From positions 211,792,001 to 211,856,000 of the forward strand of contig OZ024741.1 in NCBI GenBank assembly GCA_964016885.1: 64,000 nt of DNA, read 5' to 3'. The position numbers and the translations under genes were made by a program. Below, one piece after another: positions 51,701-62,200 of the stretch. How positions within the stretch are numbered: the first letter of the stretch is position 1; every line of letters begins with the position of its first letter. A model generated the notes under the pieces. That model saw nothing but the letters and a program-made list of their open reading frames with translations. It ran no database searches and had not been told where the DNA came from. This DNA comes from Eledone cirrhosa. Its lineage: Eukaryota.

Positions 51701-54700
51701 ATTGTTGTTCATGTTGTCATTATTGTTGATGTTGTTATTGTTGTTGATGTTGTTATTGTTGTTGATGTTGTCATTGTTGTTGATGTTTTCATTGTTGTTG
51801 ATGTTGTTATTGTTGTTGATGTTGTCATTGTCGTTGATGTTGTTATTGTTGTTGATGTTGTCATTGTTGTTGATGTTGTTATTGTTGTTGGTGTTGTCAT
51901 TGTTGTTGATGTTGTTATTGTTGTTGATGTTGTTATTGTTGTTGATGTTGTCATCGTTGTTGATGTTGTCATTGTTGTTGATGTTGTTATTGTTGTTGAT
52001 GTTGTCATTGTTGTTGATGTTGTTATTGTTGGTGATGTTGTTATTGTTGATGTTGTTCTTGTTGTTGATGTTGTCATTGTTGTTGATGTTGTCATTGTTG
52101 TTGATGTTGTTATTGTTGTTGATGTTGTCATTGTTGTTGATGTTGTTATTGTTGTTGATGTTGTTATTGTTGATGTTGTTATTGTTGTTGATGTTTTCAT
52201 TGTTGTTGATGTTGATATCGTTGTTGATGTTGTTATTGTTGATGTTGTTATTGTTGTTGATGTTGTTATTGTTGTTGATGTTTTTATTGTTGTTGATGTT
52301 GTCATTGTTGTTGATGTTGTCATTGTTGTTGATGTTGTCATTGCTGTTGATGTTGTTATTGTTGTTGATGTTGTCATTGTTGTTGATGTTGTTATTGTTG
52401 GTGATGTTGTTATTGTTGATGTTGTTATTGTTGTTGATGTTGTCATTGTTGTTGATGTTGTTCTTGTTGTTGATGTTGTCATTGTTGTTGATGTTGTCAT
52501 TGTTGTTGATGTTGTTATTGTTGTTGATGTTGTCATTGTTGTTGATGTTGTTATTGTTGTTGATGTTGTTATTGTTGATGTTGTTATTGTTGTTGATGTT
52601 ATCATTGTTGTTGATGTTGATATCGTTGTTGATGTTGTCATTGTTGTTGATGTTGTCATTGCTGTTGATGTTGTTATTGTTGTTGATGTTGTCATTGTTG
52701 TTGATGTTGTTATTGTTGTTGATGTTGTTATTGTTGTTGATGTTGTTATTGTTGTTGTCATTGTTGTTGATGTTGTCATTGTTGTTGGTGTTGTCATTGT
52801 TGCTGGTGTTGTCATTGTTGTTGATGTTGTTATTGTTGTTGATGTTGTCATTGTCGTTGATGTTGTTATTGTTGTTGATTTTGTTATTGTTGTTGATGTT
52901 GTTATTGTTGTTGATGTTGTTATTTTTGTTGATGTTGTCATTGTTGTTGATGTTGTTATTGGTGTTCATGTTGTTATTGTTGTTGATGTAGTCATTGTTG
53001 TTGATGTTGTTATTGTTGTTGATGTTGTTATTGTTGTTGATGTTGTTATCGTCGTTGATGTTGTTATTGTTGTTGATGTTGTCATTGTTGTTGATGTTTT
53101 CATTGTTGTTGATGTTGTTATTGTTGTTGATGTTGTTATTGTTGTTGGTGTTGTCATTGTTGTTGATGTTGTTATTGTTGTTGATGTTGTTATTGTTGTT
53201 GATGTTGTTATTGTTGTTGATGTTGTCATTGTTGTTGATGTTGTTATTGTTGTTGATGTTGTTATTGTTGTTGATGTTGTTATTGTTGTTGATGTTGTCA
53301 TTGTTGTTGATGTTGTTATTGTTGTTGATGTTGTTATTGTTGTTGATGTTGTTATTGTTGTTGATGTTGTCATTGTCGTTGATGTTGTTATTGTTGTTGA
53401 TGTTGTCATTGTTGTTGATGTTGTCATTGTTGTTGGTGTTGTCATTGTTGCTGGTGTTGTCATTGTTGTTGATGTTGTTATTGTTGTTGATGTTGTCATT
53501 GTTGTTGATGTTGTTATTGTTGTTGATTTTGTTATTGTTGTTGATGTTGTTATTGTTGTTGATGTTGTTATTGTTGTTGATGTTGTCATTGTTGTTGATG
53601 TTGTTATTGGTGTTGATGTCGTTATTGTTGTTGATGTTGTCATTGTTGTTAATGTTGTTATTGTTGTTGATGTTGTTATTGTTGTTGATGTTGTTATCGT
53701 CGTTGATGTTGTTATAGTTGTTGATGTTGTCATTGTTGTTGATGTTGTTATTGTTGTTGATGTTGTTATTGTTGTTGATGCTGTATTTGTTGTTGATGTT
53801 GTTATTGTTGTTGATGTTGTTATTGTTGTTGATGTTGTTATCGTTGTTGATGTTGTTATTGTTGTTGATGTTGTTATTGTTGTTGTCATTGTTGTTGATG
53901 TTGTCATTGTTGTTGGTGTTGTCATCGTTGTTGGTGTTGTCATTGTTGTTGATGTTGTTATTGTTGTTGATGTTGTCATTGTTGTTGATGTTGTCATTGT
54001 TGTTGATGTTGTCATTGTTGTTCATGTTGTCATTATTGTTGATGTTGTTATTGTTGTTCATGTTGTTATTGTTGTTGATGTTGTCATTGTTGTTAATGTT
54101 GTTATTGTTGTTGATGTTGTTATTGTTGTTGGTGTTGTCATTGTTGTTGATGTTGTTATTGTTGTTGATGTTGTTATTGTTATTGATGTTGTTATTGTTG
54201 TTGATGTCATTGTTGTTGATGTTGTTATTGTTGTTGATGTTGTCATTGTTGTTGATGTTGTTATTGTTGTTGGTGTTGTCATTGTTGTTGATGTTGTTAT
54301 TGTTGTTGATGTTGTTATTGTTGTTGATGTTGTCATCGTTGTTGATGTTGTCATTGTTGTTGATGTTGTTATTGTTGTTGATGTTGTCATTGTTGTTGAT
54401 GTTGTTATTGTTGTTGATGTTGTCATTGTTGTTGATGTTATTGTTGTTGGTGTTGCTATTGTTGTTGATTTTTTTATCGTCGTTGATGTTGTTATAGTTG
54501 TTGATGTTGTCATTGTTGTTGATGTTGTTATTGTCGTTGATGTTGTCATTGTTGTTGATGTTGTCATTGTTGTTCATGTTGTTATTGTTGTTGATGTTGT
54601 TATTGTTGTTGATGTTGTCATTGTTGTTGATGTTGTCATTGTTGTTCATGTTGTCATTATTGTTGATGTTGTTATTGTTGTTGATGTTGTTATTGTTGTT

Positions 54701-56200
54701 GATGTTGTCATTGTTGTTGATGTTTTCATTGTTGTTGATGTTGTTATTGTTGTTGATGTTGTTATTGTTGTTGGTGTTGTCATTGTTGTTGATGTTGTTA
54801 TTGTTGTTGATGTTGTTATTGTTGTTGATGTTGTTATTGTTGTTGATGTTGTTATTGTTGTTGATGTTGTTATTGTTGTTGATGTTGTCATTGTTGTTGA
54901 TGTTGTTATTGTTGTTGATGTTGTCATTCTTGTTGATGTTGTCATTGTTGTTGGTGTTGTCATTGTTGTTGATGTTGTTATTGTTTATGATATTGTTATT
55001 GTTGTTGATGTTGTCATTGTTGTTGATGTTGTTATTGTTGTTGATGTTGTTATTGTTGTTGATGTTGTCATTGTTGTTGATGTTGTCATTGTTGTTGATG
55101 TTGTTATTGTTGTTGATGTTGTCATTGTTGTTGATGTTGTTATTGTTGTTGATGTTGTTATTGTTGTTGATGTTGTCATTGTTGTTGATGTTGTTATTAT
55201 TGTTGATGTTGTTATTGTTGTTGATGTTGTTATTGTTGTTGATGTTGTTATTGTTGTTGTTGTTGTTATTGTGGTTGATGTTGTTATTGTTGATGTTGTT
55301 ATTGTTGTTGATGTTGTCATTGTTGTTGATGTTGTTATCGTTGTTGATGTTGTTATTGTTGATGTTGTTATTGTTGTTGATGTTGTTATTGTTGTTGATG
55401 TTGTCATTGTTGTTGATGTTGTCATTGTTGTTGATGTTTTCATTGTTGTTGATGTTGTTATTGTTGTTGATGTTGTTATTGTTGTTGATGTTGTCATTGT
55501 TGTTGGTGTTTTCATTGTTGTCGATGTTGTTATTGTTGTTGATGTTGTTATTGTTGTTGGTGTTGTCATTGTTGTTGATGTTGTTATTGTTGTTGATGTT
55601 GTTATTGTTGTTGATGTTGTCATTGTTGTTGATGTTTTTATTTTTGTTGGTGTTCTCATTGTTGTTGATGTTGTTATTGTTGTTGATGTTGTCATTGTTG
55701 TTGATGTTGTTATTGTTGTTGATGTTGTTATTGTTGGTGATGTTGTTATTGTTGATGTTGTTATTGTTGTTGATGTTGTCATTGTTGTTGATGTTGTTCT
55801 TGTTGTTGATGTTGTCATTGTTGTTGATGTTGTCATTGTTGTTGATGTTGTTATTGTTGTTGCTGTTGTCATTGTTATTGATGTTGTTATTGTTGTTGAT
55901 GTTGTTATTGTTGATGTTGTTATTGTTGTTGATGTTATCATTGTTGTTGATGTTGATATCGTTGTTGATGTTGTTATTGTTGATGTTGTTATTGTTGTTG
56001 ATGTTGTTATTGTTGTTGATGTTGTTATTGTTGTTGATGTTGTCATTGTTGTTGATGTTGTCATTGTTGTTGATGTTGTCATTGTTGTTGATGTTGTTAT
56101 TGTTGTTGATGTTGTCATTGTTGTTGATGTTGTCATTGTTGTTGATGTTTTCATTGTTGTTGATGTTGTTATTGTTGTTGATGTTGTTATTGTTGTTGAT
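45770..56200. repeat. 5494/5476-bp tandem duplication anchored by a 19-bp (+T) monomer
   Basis: The +T insertion is at about 45801 and 51295. ORF pairs 46052/51546, 46215/51709 and 47472/52966 are offset 5494; 48242/53718, 49170/54646 and 49509/54985 are offset 5476, one monomer less. Confidence 0.9.
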
Positions 56201-59200
56201 GTTGTTATTGTTGTTGATGTTGTCATTGTTGTTGATGTTGTTATTGTTGTTGATGTTGATATTGTTGTTGATGTTGTTATTGTTGTTGTCATTGTGGTTG
56301 ATGTTGTCATTGTTGTTGGTGTTGTCATTGTTGTTGGTGTTGTCATTGTTGTTGATGTTGTTATTGTTGTTGATGTTGTCATTGTTGTTGATGTTGTTAT
56401 TGTTGTTGATGTTGATATTGTTGTTGGTGTTGTCATTGTTGTTGATGTTGTTATTGTTGTTGATGTTGTTATTGTTGTTGATGTTGTTATTGTTGTTGAT
56501 GTTGTCATTGTTGTTGATGTTGTTATTGTTGTTGATGTGGTTATTGTTGTTGATGTTGTTATTGTTGATGTTGTTTTTGCTGTTGATGTTGTCATTGTTG
56601 TTGATGTTGTTATTGTCGTTGATGTTGTCATTGTTGTTGATGTTGTCATTGTTGTTGATGTTGTTATTGTTGTTGATGTTGTTATTGTTGTTGATGTTGT
56701 CATTGTTGTTGATGTTGTCATTGTTGTTGATGTTGTCATTATTGTTGATGTTGTTATTGTTGTTGATGTTGTTATTGTTGTTGATGTTGTCATTGTTGTT
56801 GATGTTTTCATTCTTGTTGATGTTGTTATTGTTGTTGATGTTGTTATTGTTGTTGGTGTTGTCATTGTTGTTGATGTTGTTATTGTTGTTGATGTTGTTA
56901 TTGTTGTTGATGTTGTTATTGTTGTTGATGTTGTCATTGTTGTTGATGTTGTTATTGTTGTTGATGTTGTTATTGTTGTTGATGTTGTTATTGTTGTTGA
57001 TGTTGTCATTGTTGTTGATGTTGTTATTGTTGTTGATGTTGTCATTGTTGTTGATGTTGTTGGTGTTGTCATTGTTGTTGATGTTGTTATTGTTGTTGAT
57101 GTTGTTATTGTTGTTGATGTTGTCATTGTTGTTGATGTTGTTATTGTTGTTGATGTTGTTATTGTTGTTCATGTTGTTATTGTTGTTGATGTTGTTATTG
57201 TTGTTGATGTTGTCATTGTTGTTGATGTTGTCATTGTTGTTCATGTTGTCATTATTGTTGATGTTGTTATTGTTGTTGATGTTGTTATTGTTGTTGATGT
57301 TGTCATTGTTGTTGATGTTTTCATTGTTGTTGATGTTGTTATTGTTGTTGATGTTGTTATTGTTGTTGGTGTTGTCATTGTTGTTGATGTTGTTATTGTT
57401 GTTGATGTTGTTATTGTTGTTGATGTTGTTATTGTTGTTGATGTTGTTATTGTTGTTGATGTTGTCATTGTTGTTGATGTTGTTATTGTTGTTGATGTTG
57501 TCATTCTTGTTGATGTTGTCATTGTTGTTGGTGTTGTCATTGTTGTTGATGTTGTTATTGTTTATGATATTGTTATTGTTGTTGATGTTGTCATTGTTGT
57601 TGATGTTGTTATTGTTGTTGATGTTGTTATTGTTGTTGATGTTGTCATTGTTGTTGATGTTGTCATTGTTGTTGATGTTGTTATTGTTGTTGATGTTGTC
57701 ATTGTTGTTGATGTTGTTATTGTTGTTGATGTTGTTATTGTTGTTGATGTTGTCATTGTTGTTGATGTTGTTATTGTTGTTGATGTTGTTATTGTTGTTG
57801 ATGTTGTCATTGTTGTTGATGTTGTTATCGTTGTTGATGTTGTTATTGTTGATGTTGTTATTGTTGTTGATGTTGTTATTGTTGTTGATGTTGTCATTGT
57901 TGTTGATGTTGTCATTGTTGTTGATGTTTTCATTGTTGTTGATGTTGTTATTGTTGTTGATGTTGTTATTGTTGTTGATGTTGTCATTGTTGTTGGTGTT
58001 TTCATTGTTGTCGATGTTGTTATTGTTGTTGATGTTGTTATTGTTGTTGGTGTTGTCATTGTTGTTGATGTTGTTATTGTTGTTGATGTTGTTATTGTTG
58101 TTGATGTTGTCATTGTTGTTGATGTTTTTATTTTTGTTGGTGTTCTCATTGTTGTTGATGTTGTTATTGTTGTTGATGTTGTCATTGTTGTTGATGTTGT
58201 TATTGTTGTTGATGTTGTTATTGTTGGTGATGTTGTTATTGTTGATGTTGTTATTGTTGTTGATGTTGTCATTGTTGTTGATGTTGTTCTTGTTGTTGAT
58301 GTTGTCATTGTTGTTGATGTTGTCATTGTTGTTGATGTTGTTATTGTTGTTGATGTTGTCATTGTTATTGATGTTGTTATTGTTGTTGATGTTGTTATTG
58401 TTGATGTTGTTATTGTTGTTGATGTTATCATTGTTGTTGATGTTGATATCGTTGTTGATGTTGTTATTGTTGATGTTGTTATTGTTGTTGATGTTGTTAT
58501 TGTTGTTGATGTTGTTATTGTTGTTGATGTTGTCATTGTTGTTGATGTTGTCATTGTTGTTGATGTTGTCATTGTTGTTGATGTTGTTATTGTTGTTGAT
58601 GTTGTCATTGTTGTTGATGTTGTCATTGTTGTTGATGTTTTCATTGTTGTTGATGTTGTTATTGTTGTTGATGTTGTTATTGTTGTTGATGTTGTTATTG
58701 TTGTTGATGTTGTCATTGTTGTTGATGTTGTTATTGTTGTTGATGTTGATATTGTTGTTGATGTTGTTATTGTTGTTGTCATTGTTGTTGATGTTGTCAT
58801 TGTTGTTGGTGTTGTCATTGTTGTTGGTGTTGTCATTGTTGTTGATGTTGTTATTGTTGTTGATGTTGTCATTGTTGTTGATGTTGTTATTGTTGTTGAT
58901 GTTGATATTGTTGTTGGTGTTGTCATTGTTGTTGATGTTGTTATTGTTGTTGATGTTGTTATTGTTGTTGATGTTGTTATTGTTGTTGATGTTGTCATTG
59001 TTGTTGATGTTGTTATTGTTGTTGATGTTGTTATTGTTGTTGATGTTGTTATTGTTGATGTTGTTTTTGCTGTTGATGTTGTCATTGTTGTTGATGTTGT
59101 TATTGTCGTTGATGTTGTCATTGTTGTTGATGTTGTCATTGTTGTTGATGTTGTTATTGTTGTTGATGTTGTTATTGTTGTTGATGTTGTCATTGTTGTT

Positions 59201-62200
59201 GATGTTGTCATTGTTGTTGATGTTGTCATTATTGTTGATGTTGTTATTGTTGTTGATGTTGTTATTGTTGTTGATGTTGTCATTGTTGTTGATGTTTTCA
59301 TTCTTGTTGATGTTGTTATTATTGTTGATGTTGTTATTGTTGTTGGTGTTGTCATTGTTGTTGATGTTGTTATTGTTGTTGATGTTGTTATTGTTGTTGA
59401 TGTTGTTATTGTTGTTGATGTTGTCATTGTTGTTGATGTTGTTATTGTTGTTGATGTTGTTATTGTTGTTGATGTTGTTATTGTTGTTGATGTTGTCATT
59501 GTTGTTGATGTTGTTATTGTTGTTGATGTTGTCATTGTTGTTGATGTTGTTGGTGTTGTCATTGTTGTTGATGTTGTTATTGTTGTTGATGTTGTTATTG
59601 TTGTTGATGTTGTCATTGTTGTTGATGTTGTTATTGTTGTTGATGTTGTTATTGTTGTTCATGTTGTTATTGTTGTTGATGTTGTTATTGTTGTTGATGT
59701 TGTCATTGTTGTTGATGTTGTCATTGTTGTTCATGTTGTCATTATTGTTGATGTTGTTATTGTTGTTGATGTTGTTATTGTTGTTGATGTTGTCATTGTT
59801 GTTGATGTTTTCATTGTTGTTGATGTTGTTATTGTTGTTGATGTTGTTATTGTTGTTGGTGTTGTCATTGTTGTTGATGTTGTTATTGTTGTTGATGTTG
59901 TTATTGTTGTTGATGTTGTTATTGTTGTTGATGTTGTTATTGTTGTTGATGTTGTCATTGTTGTTGATGTTGTTATTGTTGTTGATGTTGTCATTCTTGT
60001 TGATGTTGTCATTGTTGTTGGTGTTGTCATTGTTGTTGATGTTGTTATTGTTTATGATATTGTTATTGTTGTTGATGTTGTCATTGTTGTTGATGTTGTT
60101 ATTGTTGTTGATGTTGTTATTGTTGTTGATGTTGTCATTGTTGTTGATGTTGTCATTGTTGTTGATGTTGTTATTGTTGTTGATGTTGTCATTGTTGTTG
60201 ATGTTGTTATTGTTGTTGATGTTGTTATTGTTGTTGATGTTGTCATTGTTGTTGATGTTGTTATTGTTGTTGATGTTGTTATTGTTGTTGATGTTGTCAT
60301 TGTTGTTGATGTTGTTATTGTTGTTGATGTTGTCATTCTTGTTGATGTTGTCATTGTTGTTGGTGTTGTCATTGTTGTTGATGTTGTTATTGTTGTTGAT
60401 GTTGTCATTGTTGTTGATGTTGTCATTGTTGTTGATGTTGTCATTGTTGTTGATGTTGTTATTGTTGTTGATGTTGTCATTGTTGTTGATGTTGTCATTG
60501 TTGTTGATGTTTTCATTGTTGTTGATGTTGTTATTGTTGTTGATGTTGTTATTGTTGTTGATGTTGTTATTGTTGTTGATGTTGTCATTGTTGTTGATGT
60601 TGTTATTGTTGTTGATGTTGATATTGTTGTTGATGTTGTTATTGTTGTTGTCATTGTGGTTGATGTTGTCATTGTTGTTGGTGTTGTCATTGTTGTTGGT
60701 GTTGTCATTGTTGTTGATGTTGTTATTGTTGTTGATGTTGTCATTGTTGTTGATGTTGTTATTGTTGTTGATGTTGATATTGTTGTTGGTGTTGTCATTG
60801 TTGTTGATGTTGTTATTGTTGTTGATGTTGTTATTGTTGTTGATGTTGTTATTGTTGTTGATGTTGTCATTGTTGTTGATGTTGTTATTGTTGTTGATGT
60901 GGTTATTGTTGTTGATGTTGTTATTGTTGATGTTGTTTTTGCTGTTGATGTTGTCATTGTTGTTGATGTTGTTATTGTCGTTGATGTTGTCATTGTTGTT
61001 GATGTTGTCATTGTTGTTGATGTTGTTATTGTTGTTGATGTTGTTATTGTTGTTGATGTTGTCATTGTTGTTGATGTTGTCATTGTTGTTGATGTTGTCA
61101 TTATTGTTGATGTTGTTATTGTTGTTGATGTTGTTATTGTTGTTGATGTTGTCATTGTTGTTGATGTTTTCATTCTTGTTGATGTTGTTATTGTTGTTGA
61201 TGTTGTTATTGTTGTTGGTGTTGTCATTGTTGTTGATGTTGTTATTGTTGTTGATGTTGTTATTGTTGTTGATGTTGTTATTGTTGTTGATGTTGTCATT
61301 GTTGTTGATGTTGTTATTGTTGTTGATGTTGTTATTGTTGTTGATGTTGTTATTGTTGTTGATGTTGTCATTGTTGTTGATGTTGTTATTGTTGTTGATG
61401 TTGTCATTGTTGTTGATGTTGTTGGTGTTGTCATTGTTGTTGATGTTGTTATTGTTGTTGATGTTGTTATTGTTGTTGATGTTGTCATTGTTGTTGATGT
61501 TGTTATTGTTGTTGATGTTGTTATTGTTGTTCATGTTGTTATTGTTGTTGATGTTGTTATTGTTGTTGATGTTGTCATTGTTGTTGATGTTGTCATTGTT
61601 GTTCATGTTGTCATTATTGTTGATGTTGTTATTGTTGTTGATGTTGTTATTGTTGTTGATGTTGTCATTGTTGTTGATGTTTTCATTGTTGTTGATGTTG
61701 TTATTGTTGTTGATGTTGTTATTGTTGTTGGTGTTGTCATTGTTGTTGATGTTGTTATTGTTGTTGATGTTGTTATTGTTGTTGATGTTGTTATTGTTGT
61801 TGATGTTGTTATTGTTGTTGATGTTGTTATTGTTGTTGATGTTGTCATTGTTGTTGATGTTGTTATTGTTGTTGATGTTGTCATTCTTGTTGATGTTGTC
61901 ATTGTTGTTGGTGTTGTCATTGTTGTTGATGTTGTTATTGTTTATGATATTGTTATTGTTGTTGATGTTGTCATTGTTGTTGATGTTGTTATTGTTGTTG
62001 ATGTTGTTATTGTTGTTGATGTTGTCATTGTTGTTGATGTTGTCATTGTTGTTGATGTTGTTATTGTTGTTGATGTTGTCATTGTTGTTGATGTTGTTAT
62101 TGTTGTTGATGTTGTTATTGTTGTTGATGTTGTCATTGTTGTTGATGTTGTTATTGTTGTTGATGTTGTTATTGTTGTTGATGTTGTCATTGTTGTTGAT

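Noticed and set aside
3-54497. Poly-Leu/Met and DVVIVV ORFs on the plus strand as membrane proteins
   Set aside because: They are alternative frames of the same repeat and switch frame at indel monomers. Thousands of uninterrupted hydrophobic residues are implausible.
28000-61606. Giant Asn-rich ORFs (4302 aa, 3439 aa) as low-complexity or prion-like proteins
   Set aside because: They are pure translations of the 18-mer. The codons cannot reach a stop by one substitution, the starts are chance GAT>CAT variants, and there is no non-repeat domain.
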